Shown here piece after piece: positions 17,614 to 27,350 of a DNA stretch of 56,003 nt. The stretch's first letter is position 1, and each line of letters begins with the position of its first letter. Both the position numbers and the translations under genes were made by a program. This stretch comes from a virus. Lineage: Duplodnaviria; Caudoviricetes. The notes beneath the pieces are model-generated. The model worked only from the letters and a program-made list of their open reading frames with translations, made no database searches and was not told the DNA's origin. The stretch is from the IMG/VR virus record IMGVR_UViG_3300020179_000039, positions 1-56,003 of that record, one strand, 5' to 3'.

Positions 17614-17736
17614 ATGAAAAATCAAGGTAAAACAGACCGCCAGGTCCACGATGCTGACCGTAACGCTATGATAGCTGTAGCAGGTCTTATTATTACAGTA
17701 GTGCTCTGCATATTAGTTGACATTTTAAAACGCTAA
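17614..17736 (+). CDS. 40-aa single-TM protein
   Basis: MKNQGKTDRQVHDADRNAMIAVAGLIITVVLCILVDILKR. Confidence 0.55.
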   Translation: MKNQGKTDRQVHDADRNAMIAVAGLIITVVLCILVDILKR

Positions 17737-17738
17737 CC

Positions 17739-17981
17739 ATGAACTTAAAAATCAACTTCTACACAGTGTTTTTTACCCTCATTGTAGGGTATGGTATCTT
17801 CCAATACGGAAGAGTATACGATAGGTCTCCAAAGACCATAGTTGACCAAGCCGAATACAACCACGTTGTGCTCGGGTCCAATGAATGTACAATCGTTACA
17901 GATACAGCAGGAAACGTTAATTCCATATGGTTTAAGGACCAACCTTATACCCTTGATACTGCTATCCTTAATGATTTATAG
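17739..17981 (+). CDS. small protein with N-terminal TM
   Basis: FYTVFFTLIVGYGIF. Confidence 0.6.
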   Translation: MNLKINFYTVFFTLIVGYGIFQYGRVYDRSPKTIVDQAEYNHVVLGSNECTIVTDTAGNVNSIWFKDQPYTLDTAILNDL

Positions 17982-18085
17982 TTCGCACACGCGAACATGG
18001 TTCTAGACATGCGTACACATCTATATAACATGTCTATATACATATATTCGCCCACGCGAACATAGTATGACCGCATACGCGAACA
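17981..18085. repeat. three palindromic repeats (GTT)CGC-N4-GCGAACA
   Basis: 17981 GTTCGCACACGCGAACA; 18047 TTCGCCCACGCGAACA; 18072 CGCATACGCGAACA. Confidence 0.75.
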
Positions 18086-18101
18086 GCTAATCGTAAAAGA
18101 A

Positions 18102-18365
18102 ATGACCAAAACAGAATTCTTTAAAACCTATGGACCATACCTACATGTAGTCTTTTATGACAACAGTGAGTTTGGTGACTTTCTAATTCTTCATCCAGAA
18201 GAAGTTGAAATTGCTAAGAAATTACTTGCCGAAGGGTTAACCATTGTATCAGTTCATGAAAATGAAGATGGAGAAGACCTAGTCGATGTTTCACAACCAT
18301 GTGATTTCGGTAGTCAACCTTTTAAACTTGGATACTTTGCAATTAACACAAGTATCCGAGAGTAA
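18102..18365 (+). CDS. hypothetical protein
   Basis: 87-aa ORF with A-rich start. Confidence 0.65.
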   Translation: MTKTEFFKTYGPYLHVVFYDNSEFGDFLILHPEEVEIAKKLLAEGLTIVSVHENEDGEDLVDVSQPCDFGSQPFKLGYFAINTSIRE

Positions 18366-18415
18366 TTAATGCAATCAGTACTCTATACAAGTGCTCTTTC
18401 ATAGCAAACAAAGTT

Positions 18416-18447
18416 AAGGGGATGGTATAGCATCCCCTTTTGTTTTT
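18416..18447 (+). terminator. intrinsic terminator
   Basis: AAGGGGATG-GTATAG-CATCCCCTT plus T run. Confidence 0.75.
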
Positions 18448-18464
18448 AAAATCCCTTAACTAAA

Positions 18465-18725
18465 ATGGAAAAAGAACTCCAAAGAATGCATGTGCTAGGA
18501 ATAACAGCACGTGATCTAAAAACAAACGAAGTACAAAAAAATGTATTCGTATTTGACAATGAGCATACATGTAAAACCTTTGCTCTATTGGTTAAACTTG
18601 TTGTTCACCCACCTCACAAGTTCAATGTAACTCTTGAAGTAACAGAAACAGATCTCGTCACAAGAGAAAAAGTATCTAATCTTCTTGAGAAGACTAAAGA
18701 AATGGCTGAAAAAATTAATGCATAA
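18465..18725 (+). CDS. hypothetical protein
   Basis: 86-aa ORF. Confidence 0.65.
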   Translation: MEKELQRMHVLGITARDLKTNEVQKNVFVFDNEHTCKTFALLVKLVVHPPHKFNVTLEVTETDLVTREKVSNLLEKTKEMAEKINA

Positions 18726-18746
18726 GTTTAAATTAATCTAATTAAC

Positions 18747-19088
18747 ATGAAAAACTATCAACACGTTTATCGTTACTGGACTAAATCAGAAGAGAAAACC
18801 ATCATCAGTTGTATTAAAAACAACCCTGAAAACCTTACAAAAGCATTTGAATGCGCCGCAGAATTAATTAATCGTAGTAAAGGTGCTGTATGTCAGCGCT
18901 ACTATAATTATATCCGCTTGCGCAAGCAGTTGTTTACCACTTCTTCTGACAAGTCAACTTACGTAAATCGTAAGAATATTTCTCGTCGCCGTAATCAAAA
19001 TAATGATGACCGCGTACAAGTATTCTCAAACATGTTTCGATTGTTGAGTACTGATGAGAAAGCAAGAGTTTTAATGAGCATGCTCTAG
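18747..19088 (+). CDS. Myb/SANT-like HTH protein
   Basis: WTKSEEKTII...AAELINRSKGAVCQRYYNY. Confidence 0.65.
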   Translation: MKNYQHVYRYWTKSEEKTIISCIKNNPENLTKAFECAAELINRSKGAVCQRYYNYIRLRKQLFTTSSDKSTYVNRKNISRRRNQNNDDRVQVFSNMFRLLSTDEKARVLMSML

Positions 19089-19093
19089 AGTAT

Positions 19094-19166
19094 GAAATGC
19101 GGTGGGTATTCCCTTAAAGAACACTATTGGTATTTAGGAGTCATTAATAACTGTCGCCGCAGTTTC
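19094..19166 (+). promoter_or_regulatory. candidate three-way-junction RNA element with loop-loop pairing
   Basis: P1 TGCGGTGG/TCGCCGCA, P2 GTATTC/GAACAC, P3 TATTGGT/ATTAATA; loops CTTAAA and TTTAGG complementary. Confidence 0.4.
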
Positions 19167-19188
19167 AAACTATTCAAATTTAAATCTT

Positions 19189-19536
19189 ATGCGTTTATCA
19201 TATTCAAACATCCGACGTTTTTACAGGTTGTTAACCACATACCGTAAGTTTAAAAAAGCATGTAAGTCTTGTTTTTCAGATCAATATGTTGAACCAGTCC
19301 GTTTTGAAATATGGGCTATCAATCATATGAATAGAAAATCTAAGATATACGCTTTTGAAACAATGAAAGAAGCGATGAATTTTGTTACCATGGAAGACAG
19401 ATTAGACACTGAAATTGAATACTTATTCATAAAACGTGTAAAAGAAAATTGTCAAACATTGCGATTAAATATTCATCCAATTAAAAGTCCCATCCACAAA
19501 CCCTACGATATATGTCTAAATCAGAAGCTTTCATGA
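19189..19536 (+). CDS. hypothetical protein
   Basis: 115-aa ORF. Confidence 0.6.
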   Translation: MRLSYSNIRRFYRLLTTYRKFKKACKSCFSDQYVEPVRFEIWAINHMNRKSKIYAFETMKEAMNFVTMEDRLDTEIEYLFIKRVKENCQTLRLNIHPIKSPIHKPYDICLNQKLS

Positions 19537-19853
19537 TTATGCGTTACGCTGACGCAAGAGAAACCGAAACACACTGGCACACACCAGAGAACTATGTGCA
19601 ATACAATAATAAAGATGAAGAATTTGCAACTGATCAAATTGCAGTAATTCAAGATTTGAGTTCGGGTATCATCTCCATTCACCCTATTGAAAAAGGTAGT
19701 GTGTTAAAAGACATTACGCTTGCTGAAATGACACCCAGGGATTTGTATACAGAAGATGAGACTGTTGCTAAAGCTATTGAAAAATACTACAAGCAACGTT
19801 TTAATTTCTTTGACCTCATTGACCCTGACGACACTTATTTTACATTTATTTAA
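19512..19853 (+). CDS. hypothetical protein
   Basis: 113-aa ORF. Confidence 0.65.
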   Translation: MSKSEAFMIMRYADARETETHWHTPENYVQYNNKDEEFATDQIAVIQDLSSGIISIHPIEKGSVLKDITLAEMTPRDLYTEDETVAKAIEKYYKQRFNFFDLIDPDDTYFTFI

Positions 19854-19863
19854 AAAAACCTTT

Positions 19864-20190
19864 ATGGGCAAAATGAAAGAAATCTACGCGGAAATGTTAG
19901 AAAAAGGAGAAATATTTCCTACAATAACAGAACCAGTAGTAATGAAAATGTATGCTTCTTTCACATGGAAAGAACAAAACTATCTCATCATGGGTGATTC
20001 TTTAGAAGAAATCCGTGATAAAGCAGCTTACCATTTCGGAACAGATACTGAAAAGTTAGAAATTGTTGAAGAATACTCAGAATACGGTGCATTTGGTGCA
20101 TACGTTATGAAAGGTGTGCTTCCAAACAATGAACCTATTTTCCCATTTATTTCAGTATCTATTTATACACCACAAATTATCCTTTACTAA
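19864..20190 (+). CDS. hypothetical protein
   Basis: Start MGKMKEIY at 19864. Confidence 0.65.
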   Translation: MGKMKEIYAEMLEKGEIFPTITEPVVMKMYASFTWKEQNYLIMGDSLEEIRDKAAYHFGTDTEKLEIVEEYSEYGAFGAYVMKGVLPNNEPIFPFISVSIYTPQIILY

Positions 20191-20399
20191 TGGCAGACTT
20201 TTTAATATATTATTTAGTTATTACCTATCTTATACAATTCGGTATTCTTACCGTAGAATGGACAGAAAGAGATATAATCAATATGGATATTCTTATGCTT
20301 ATACTTGCTCCATTTAGTATTGTTCCGGTAATAGCTTCACACTTGATCTCATTTATTGTAGATCTAGACGGTGTGTTTTTAGAAAAGCATAATAGTTAG
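20190..20399 (+). CDS. small membrane protein
   Basis: Two hydrophobic segments. Confidence 0.6.
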   Translation: MADFLIYYLVITYLIQFGILTVEWTERDIINMDILMLILAPFSIVPVIASHLISFIVDLDGVFLEKHNS

Positions 20400-20433
20400 G
20401 TGTATAGTTGATAGATGGTTGGTAAGTAAAATT

Positions 20434-20465
20434 AGGGGTGCTCTCTTGTAGAGCATCCCTTTTTT
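20434..20465 (+). terminator. intrinsic terminator
   Basis: AGGGGTGCTCT-CTTGT-AGAGCATCCCT-TTTTT. Confidence 0.75.
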
Positions 20466-20505
20466 ACGATTCTAACTGTCTGATTATCAATGTATACAAA
20501 ACATT

Positions 20506-20524
20506 TTGTAGAGTAATTCTACAA
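20506..20524. promoter_or_regulatory. palindromic TGTAGA site
   Basis: TTGTAGA-GTAAT-TCTACAA. Confidence 0.55.
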
Positions 20525-20576
20525 TTTGTATATTTTACTCAAGTTTTTGTACAAATTAATAAATAACCAATCCATC

Positions 20577-21122
20577 ATGTCAAAAACCATCCACTGTACC
20601 GCAAAAGGTATTCTCATCCACCACGAGAATTACCACAAATCGCACTTTGTTCCCTATTCTGAGGAACTAGATCAAAAGTATTACCAAAATAAAGCAGCAA
20701 AAAAATCAATTGTTGCTGAAATGGAAATGCTTCACTTAAACCCTGTTCAAAGCACGATGTATGATCGTCTTGTAAGAGGTATGGGTTATTTCTCTAAATC
20801 AGAAATAGCAAACATGCCTCAAAAGACTAAATCTAAAATCGAAGCTGAGCACAGTAAAGCACAATTTCTTGTAAGAAAGCTACGTGTTGATGCGTATTAT
20901 CGAGCAGAAACAAAGCTTCTTAATGCAATTTTCCCTCATGCCAAACTTGGTTCTAAAGTTAGTGACTACTATATGGGAGCAGATGTTCCTCGTCATGTTA
21001 CTAATCAAAAACTAGGTATCAGCAAAAAAGTAATGATTGAAACTTTTATTCAAAATCGTTTATTACCCTTAAACTTTTTTGACATAACTGTTGAAAGTAC
21101 TGCTTTGTCACTCAATTCTTAA
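20577..21122 (+). CDS. hypothetical protein
   Basis: 181 aa from ATG 20577. Confidence 0.7.
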   Translation: MSKTIHCTAKGILIHHENYHKSHFVPYSEELDQKYYQNKAAKKSIVAEMEMLHLNPVQSTMYDRLVRGMGYFSKSEIANMPQKTKSKIEAEHSKAQFLVRKLRVDAYYRAETKLLNAIFPHAKLGSKVSDYYMGADVPRHVTNQKLGISKKVMIETFIQNRLLPLNFFDITVESTALSLNS

Positions 21123-21126
21123 TTAT

Positions 21127-21429
21127 ATGAGCGCTCAAGAAAAGTTCGCAGGATTAGATAATGTTGAAATCAGCATGATCTATTATCGGTTTTCTCAAGT
21201 ATTAAAGAAAATTAATAAGAACATGGAGCAAGGAATCATTACAAAGACTGTCAATTTACCGGGAAGTGGTGCTCGTATTGAGGCACCACTCCCGATGACT
21301 GACAAAATTAAAGATGATTTGACTGACTCTTTGTTTTACAAAACAGTTCAATCTATTGTAGATAAGCTTGAACCTATTGTAGAAATTATTGAAGAGTACG
21401 ACTCTTCTATTAAAGAAAAGCTTAATTAA
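21127..21429 (+). CDS. hypothetical protein
   Basis: 100 aa from ATG 21127. Confidence 0.65.
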   Translation: MSAQEKFAGLDNVEISMIYYRFSQVLKKINKNMEQGIITKTVNLPGSGARIEAPLPMTDKIKDDLTDSLFYKTVQSIVDKLEPIVEIIEEYDSSIKEKLN

Positions 21430-21434
21430 AGATT

Positions 21435-21704
21435 ATGCGGAAAATATCCTATGCTAAAATACCTAATACGGTTGCTTACAACAGCAATATAGATTTGGAA
21501 GCTAGGATGCTGTACGTAATTCTTTCTTGCCTGCAAGGACCTAATGAGTTTTGTTATCCTTCTATTAGATGGATGTCTGAGAAATGCAATTGTAAACGCA
21601 CTAAAACCAGCAGACTTCTGAAAATATTAGTTGAACACAATTTAATAGAACGCATGAAAGATCCTGTTGCTCGCAAAACAGTAACAAAGGTTTATAAAAT
21701 CTAA
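21435..21704 (+). CDS. winged-HTH protein (replication-initiator N-terminal-like)
   Basis: EARMLYVIL...CYPSIRWMSEKCNCKRTKTSRLLKILVEHNLI. Confidence 0.7.
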   Translation: MRKISYAKIPNTVAYNSNIDLEARMLYVILSCLQGPNEFCYPSIRWMSEKCNCKRTKTSRLLKILVEHNLIERMKDPVARKTVTKVYKI

Positions 21705-21717
21705 CGTCCAATCAACC

Positions 21718-22176
21718 ATGTCCAAATCCAAAGAAATTATTAACCGTATTCGTGAACTAACAGATGATATGCCAGATGGTAAAAATCCATATATCATTGC
21801 TATAGTTCACAATGACACTGATTCAGAATGTCCTTCTTTTATTAAAAGTGGAGGTAATCCACAAGATTTAATGAAGTTAGGTGAAGTTCTCTACAAACAA
21901 GTAGATAGTCTTCGTACTCGATTTATTGCTCAAGCATTATTTACAGATGCTATGAATCAATTTATGAATGTTTTAGATGCTGATAAAAGAGATCTTCTTT
22001 TTGAAGCAATGCATAAACATGCAGATGAAATCATGGACAAAATATTATCTAGTCTTGGTGATAAACTAAGTTATGATTTAGGTCAATTAGATAACGATCA
22101 AGATAAAAATAATACTAAACCAGATTCATCATCTAAAGATGACTTAGACAATTATCTCAGAGACATTTTTAATTAA
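21718..22176 (+). CDS. hypothetical protein
   Basis: 152-aa ORF, acidic end. Confidence 0.65.
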   Translation: MSKSKEIINRIRELTDDMPDGKNPYIIAIVHNDTDSECPSFIKSGGNPQDLMKLGEVLYKQVDSLRTRFIAQALFTDAMNQFMNVLDADKRDLLFEAMHKHADEIMDKILSSLGDKLSYDLGQLDNDQDKNNTKPDSSSKDDLDNYLRDIFN

Positions 22177-22181
22177 AAATT

Positions 22182-22796
22182 ATGGGAGTAGATATCTACG
22201 GTATTTCACCGAAAATTATTGGTATAAAACCTGAATTTCCAAATGATGATATTTGGAATAATTTATCTTCTGAAGAGAAAGATGCTCATTTCAAAGCAAT
22301 AGATGACTTTGAAAATAACAACCCTGGTTATTATTTCAGAAATAACTGGTGGGCTTGGAGACCTATTCAATATTTAATGATAGGTCTAAATGACAATTAT
22401 GGTTTAGGATTAACAGATGAACAATGCAAACTGTTAGGTGAAAACAGTGGTCTTGTAACTGATGACTCAGACACATGTAATCGTTTAGCAAATGCATTAG
22501 AAACAATCATCAATGATTTAAAACAAGATAACACCGAAGTTGTATGGATGCTTTCAGGAAGCTGGTCTCAACGTGCTGTAATGGATGGTGGTAGAATAAC
22601 ATCTATCATGCCTTCTAAATCAGTAATTAACACACTAAACAATAAGTATGGTGTAAACAGACTTTCTTTTGAAAAAGAATTTACAACAGATGATAAACCT
22701 GATGTTTTGTACGAACCTTCTCACGGAAGCTCTCTAAAAAACATTGAACGGTTCATTGCGTTTTTACGCAATTGTAATGGATTTGAAATTCATTAA
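22182..22796 (+). CDS. conserved phage hypothetical protein
   Basis: MGVDIYG...GYYFRNNWWAWRP...FIAFLRNCNGFEI. Confidence 0.7.
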   Translation: MGVDIYGISPKIIGIKPEFPNDDIWNNLSSEEKDAHFKAIDDFENNNPGYYFRNNWWAWRPIQYLMIGLNDNYGLGLTDEQCKLLGENSGLVTDDSDTCNRLANALETIINDLKQDNTEVVWMLSGSWSQRAVMDGGRITSIMPSKSVINTLNNKYGVNRLSFEKEFTTDDKPDVLYEPSHGSSLKNIERFIAFLRNCNGFEIH

Positions 22797-22809
22797 TAAA
22801 AAAACTAAC

Positions 22810-24153
22810 ATGCAGCATCATATTTTATTTAAAGCAGAAGCCACATCAGGTGGTGTAAGTATTAAAGTTCTTAATTTTAAGGACATCAAAAAACAATTCC
22901 CTCATTTTGAGGAAGATACACTTAAAGTATCTTGTAATCTAGGCAACTTACTTCGTTTTCCTATTCAAACATGGTTTATTTCTACTATGTCTAATACTCC
23001 AGGTGAAGAAGTAAATCAGTATCAAGTAGCCGGCGAACATCATATTCATATTGCAGAACAAAAAGCATTATTTTTAAACGATAATGTTTTTGTTTTACCA
23101 AGTACTCCTGCAAGTAATCCTACAAGTGATGAGCTTGTATACTTGTTTAATCACATTCTATCAAATGAATATGACTTTGGTGTACCTGCTGATGAAAAAG
23201 TACGGACTCTTGCAGAGCTGTATGCTCCATATGGATATACAATTGATGTTGATGCTATATTGAATCCGCCAGTACCAGAGACTATTGAAGAAGCAGTAGA
23301 AATTGGTAGTTCTCTACATGATTTTATTAAATCTAAGTACCCTGTACCAGATATTAAAAAAGCAGGATTCTCTATTGATCCTGATATCTGGTATTTGCTT
23401 GTTCGTAACGTACTTCGTGGAGAAAATACACTTATTATTGGACCTACAGGTACTGGTAAAACAGAATTGATTTCTCTACTTGCACAGTCTATGGGATTAC
23501 CAATGCATACACAAGATATGGGTACTGTGCAAGATGCTCAATCTGCATTACTTGGTGTACACCGTCTTAATAGTGATGGTAAAAGTGAATTTGATTATGC
23601 ACCTTTTGTGCATAATATTCAACAAGAAGGTGTTATTCTGCTAGATGAGCTTAACCGTTCACCTCTCGCTGCAAATAATATCTTATTTCCTTGTCTAGAC
23701 CGTCGTCGTTATTTACCTGTTGATATTGCTGATTCAGATGCTGATCGTCGCATTCCAGTGCACGAGAAAGCAATTTTCTTTGCTACTGCAAACTTGGGTT
23801 CAGAATATTCAGGTACACAGATGATTGACCGTGCGTTATTAGACCGCTTTTTTCCGATTGAATTGGATTACCCAATTGAAAAAGAAGAAGTACGTGTTCT
23901 TGTAAACCGTACAGGTGTAGATGAAAAGAGTGCAAAAGCTATTGTAAAAGTTGGTAATCAGATTCGCAGACAGTTTAAAGAACAAGAATTGTCTAATGCT
24001 ATTTCTGTACGTCATACTTTACAAGCAGCTAATCTTGTAAAAGATGGATTTGCTCTTGAAAAAGCTCTATCAAGTACTATTATGCCGTTGTTTGAAGACG
24101 GTATTGGTGCAAGTGAGCGCAGTAAAGTCAAATCAATTATTGCAGCATTTTAA
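22810..24153 (+). CDS. MoxR/CbbQ/NorQ-like AAA+ ATPase
   Basis: GPTGTGKT, LLDELNR, FFATAN, DRALLDRF, ISVRH. Confidence 0.88.
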   Translation: MQHHILFKAEATSGGVSIKVLNFKDIKKQFPHFEEDTLKVSCNLGNLLRFPIQTWFISTMSNTPGEEVNQYQVAGEHHIHIAEQKALFLNDNVFVLPSTPASNPTSDELVYLFNHILSNEYDFGVPADEKVRTLAELYAPYGYTIDVDAILNPPVPETIEEAVEIGSSLHDFIKSKYPVPDIKKAGFSIDPDIWYLLVRNVLRGENTLIIGPTGTGKTELISLLAQSMGLPMHTQDMGTVQDAQSALLGVHRLNSDGKSEFDYAPFVHNIQQEGVILLDELNRSPLAANNILFPCLDRRRYLPVDIADSDADRRIPVHEKAIFFATANLGSEYSGTQMIDRALLDRFFPIELDYPIEKEEVRVLVNRTGVDEKSAKAIVKVGNQIRRQFKEQELSNAISVRHTLQAANLVKDGFALEKALSSTIMPLFEDGIGASERSKVKSIIAAF

Positions 24154-24163
24154 TTAATTAATT

Positions 24164-26086
24164 ATGGGTTTCAGAGATTGGTTTAACCGAAAAGAAGAGA
24201 ATAATTACTCTTATTATGACAGTTCTCGTAGACTTATATCTTGGGATACTGGTTACAAAAACTACTCTGACTTTCTTGTTGATTCTAAACGTGGTAAAAA
24301 AGGTATTTCTGATGTTTCTAGCATCTTAAATTCTATGTTGCGTGTAATGGGTGTCCCTAAAAGCACCCGTTTCACCAGCAAAGCCACAGCTTCAACATCT
24401 ACTTTAGAGTTACCTATTGGTATTCTTAAAAATGATGAAGGTAAAGTAGAATTGACAGGTGAAAAAGTAGATGCTTTTTATGGTAAAAGTGTACTGAATG
24501 CAAGTTTAAACACACTTATGACAAGTGCAGATAAAACAGCATATGTACACGCCGTAAATAAATCTAAAAAATCTGGTGATTTACAGTCTATGATACGTGT
24601 TCTTCTTGATGATGAACGTATTCACAGAGAATTGTCAGAATCATATCCAGGATACAGTCGATTTGCTCAAAAGCATAAAGAACATATTTATGCAAAAGCA
24701 GAAGATTGGTTAAGTAAACCAGCTGAATCTGAGATGGAAGAAGTAGTTCAGCTTTTGACAATGTTGATTCGTTATCCTAAAGATGTTCCAAAAGAACTTC
24801 TTGAAAAATATTCAAAACTTGTAGACTATTTACAGAAAATATTCAATAAGTTTGATGGTATTCCAAGAACGTCTGAAGATGCTGATAAAATCACTAAAGC
24901 AATCTATAATACTGTAATTAAGTACATAGATGAAACTTTACCCCCACCTCCACCTCCAGGTCCTGGAGAAGATGGAGAGAGTGATGAAGGTGATGAGGGT
25001 GACGATACTAGTGACAGTTCTGATGATTCTACTAAACCTGACAGCGAAAAAACACCTTCTGACAAACGTAGAGATACAAGAAAACGTAAATCTAGTTTGA
25101 GTGCAGCATTTGCTGATTCTGTTAAATCAGTATATGAAAATTTAGTAGATCAAATTGAAACACCTGAAGAATCAGAAAAGAATGAAGAAATAGCTAAATC
25201 TATTACTGAAGAAATAGAAAAAGCTGAAGAAGCAAGCAAGTTTACATATGGTAAAGATGATGCAGACCCTACAAAAACGGGAATTCATTTTCTAACACCA
25301 GATGCTAACAAATCAAGATACGATGCTACAAAATCTAAAATAGATATTGCAAAAGCACAAGTTCTTAAAAAGCTTCTTTCTCGTAAAAGTAAAGATTATG
25401 ATTTTGCTTTAAAATCTATGCGTTCAGGTAGACTTGATACAAACAAAATTGCAGAAGCAGTTCAACATGTCCCTACTATTTATGAAAGAATAGGGAATGT
25501 AAAGACTAATAAAATTTGCATTGGTGTTTTGATTGACGAGTCAGGTTCAATGAGTGGGGATTCAATTGATAAAGCAAGAGAAGCTGCTATATTTATTAAT
25601 GAAGCATTAGGTAAACTACCTGATGTTGAATTATTTATTTATGGTCACTCTGCTGATCAAATGGGTTCACGTACTACAGAAATTTATACTTATCGCGAAC
25701 CAGGTAAATCAGTATCTCCTTATGCTTTAGGTGGTTGTAAAGCACGTTACGAAAATCGTGATGGTGTTGCAATACTTGAAACTGCTAAACGTATCCGAAA
25801 ATTTACTCAGAACAATGGTGTGCTATTCGTTTTATCAGATGGTGCACCAGCTGCTTCAGGATATAATGGTGGTACAGGAATTAGAGATACTAAAGAAAAA
25901 GTTAACCAAGTTGAGAAATTAATAGGTTTTCAAGTAATTCAAATTGCTATTAATAACCATGTTCCTTCAGAGCAAATGTTTAATCATTTTGTAAAAATGA
26001 CAGACATTAAAACTCTACCAATTGACATGGTTAATTACTTGTCTCGCCACATTAACAGGTTGGTTAAAGAAAAGTACACAATGTAA
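24164..26086 (+). CDS. vWA-domain partner protein (CobT/NorD-like)
   Basis: SGRLD, IDESGSM MIDAS motif, NRDG, VLSDGAP; acidic Pro-rich linker. Confidence 0.85.
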   Translation: MGFRDWFNRKEENNYSYYDSSRRLISWDTGYKNYSDFLVDSKRGKKGISDVSSILNSMLRVMGVPKSTRFTSKATASTSTLELPIGILKNDEGKVELTGEKVDAFYGKSVLNASLNTLMTSADKTAYVHAVNKSKKSGDLQSMIRVLLDDERIHRELSESYPGYSRFAQKHKEHIYAKAEDWLSKPAESEMEEVVQLLTMLIRYPKDVPKELLEKYSKLVDYLQKIFNKFDGIPRTSEDADKITKAIYNTVIKYIDETLPPPPPPGPGEDGESDEGDEGDDTSDSSDDSTKPDSEKTPSDKRRDTRKRKSSLSAAFADSVKSVYENLVDQIETPEESEKNEEIAKSITEEIEKAEEASKFTYGKDDADPTKTGIHFLTPDANKSRYDATKSKIDIAKAQVLKKLLSRKSKDYDFALKSMRSGRLDTNKIAEAVQHVPTIYERIGNVKTNKICIGVLIDESGSMSGDSIDKAREAAIFINEALGKLPDVELFIYGHSADQMGSRTTEIYTYREPGKSVSPYALGGCKARYENRDGVAILETAKRIRKFTQNNGVLFVLSDGAPAASGYNGGTGIRDTKEKVNQVEKLIGFQVIQIAINNHVPSEQMFNHFVKMTDIKTLPIDMVNYLSRHINRLVKEKYTM

Positions 26087-26090
26087 TTAT

Positions 26091-26120
26091 CCCCGGAGTG
26101 TAATGCTCCGGGGTTTTTTT
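26091..26120 (+). terminator. intrinsic terminator
   Basis: CCCCGGAGT...GCTCCGGGG-TTTTTTT. Confidence 0.8.
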
Positions 26121-26154
26121 ACTTACAAGTAACTTGCTTAACACTTATTAAAAT

Positions 26155-26640
26155 ATGCCATACAATCAATTCTTAGGAGTTGCTGGAGTAGACTCTGGAC
26201 AACTTCTTATTTGTGATCCCTGCTACATAGATAGCGAATGGGAAAAAGAAGATTTTATAGATATCCGTATTTATAAAAATAAATCTACGGGTAAAACTTT
26301 GCAGTACCGAGTAGACTTTGAAAATTTTGAAAGTCCTATTGCAGAGTTTGACAACCAAACAATGAATCAGTTATTAGAAACAGGTAATTGGGAATCTATT
26401 GATACTTTTGAAGTTGAAAATAGTTTTAGTTACAATGCCTGCGCAAGAGAAACTCTTTCAGAAGATGGTTTTGGTCAACTTAATTATAAGCTAGGTCATC
26501 CAGGTGTTGGTGTAGTATTTTCAACTACAATTGGTGACGGTATGTATCCTGTATTTGGAAATTTTAGTGATGATGGGACTCTTATCAGTGTTACAATTAA
26601 AATTACAGAACATGACGACGAATCCATCGAAGAATTTTGA
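26155..26640 (+). CDS. hypothetical protein (VDSGQ/GDG motif family)
   Basis: GVDSGQLLICDPCY...GDGMYPV. Confidence 0.7.
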   Translation: MPYNQFLGVAGVDSGQLLICDPCYIDSEWEKEDFIDIRIYKNKSTGKTLQYRVDFENFESPIAEFDNQTMNQLLETGNWESIDTFEVENSFSYNACARETLSEDGFGQLNYKLGHPGVGVVFSTTIGDGMYPVFGNFSDDGTLISVTIKITEHDDESIEEF

Positions 26641-27079
26641 TATTAACAGGCAGCTTGTATATAATGCTGTACGTTGTCTAAGTTGTAATGAAGTACTTGT
26701 TTCATACTATGGTCACGATTACAAAACATGTAAATGTGATAATCGTACTATGGTCGATGGTGGAAATAACTATCAACGCTATGGTGGTAAAGATTTAGAT
26801 CTTGTTGAAACTATTGCATACTACGACGATGATCCTTATGAAATAGTTCGCACTGTTGCTACACGAGGAACTAGAGGTAAGGACATAAATGAAAATCTTA
26901 AGTGGATTACACTAGATAAACTTACAGATAATCATTTACAAGCTATTGTAGACTATTACGGTTTACATGAAACTGAAAAAACATTAAACCTAAGAGAAAA
27001 AAGCTGGCATTTAAAGCTTATTCTTAAAGAGATCGAGTACAGAAAACAGAATAACATTACAATATCAGAAAATGAGTAA
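26612..27079 (+). CDS. Zn-binding hypothetical protein
   Basis: CLSC...HDYKTCKC...VDGG. Confidence 0.7.
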   Translation: MTTNPSKNFDINRQLVYNAVRCLSCNEVLVSYYGHDYKTCKCDNRTMVDGGNNYQRYGGKDLDLVETIAYYDDDPYEIVRTVATRGTRGKDINENLKWITLDKLTDNHLQAIVDYYGLHETEKTLNLREKSWHLKLILKEIEYRKQNNITISENE

Positions 27080-27350
27080 GAAAACCGACATCAACATTAG
27101 CAAACGACCTTACGGTCAGACAACTTATCACTCAGGATCTTATGTAACAAGTGGTATTTTATGGGAAGATGAATATCAACCCGACGAAGTATTCCCTTTT
27201 AGCGTAGAACTTCATCATGACTTAGACAATGCACTTTTTGAAGTGGGTAAAATTGAATGGCAAGATGGTATAAAACCTTCAAACCATGAAGAAATTGAAG
27301 AAAGAATTACGTTAAATTTTTACAATCAACAAACAAGTCATTCTTTATGA
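27072..27350 (+). CDS. hypothetical protein
   Basis: 92-aa ORF, coupled overlaps. Confidence 0.65.
   Translation: MSKKTDINISKRPYGQTTYHSGSYVTSGILWEDEYQPDEVFPFSVELHHDLDNALFEVGKIEWQDGIKPSNHEEIEERITLNFYNQQTSHSL

Noticed and set aside
16290-18085. CRISPR mini-array from the 27-bp and palindromic repeats
   Set aside because: Only 2-3 degenerate copies, irregular spacing, no cas genes
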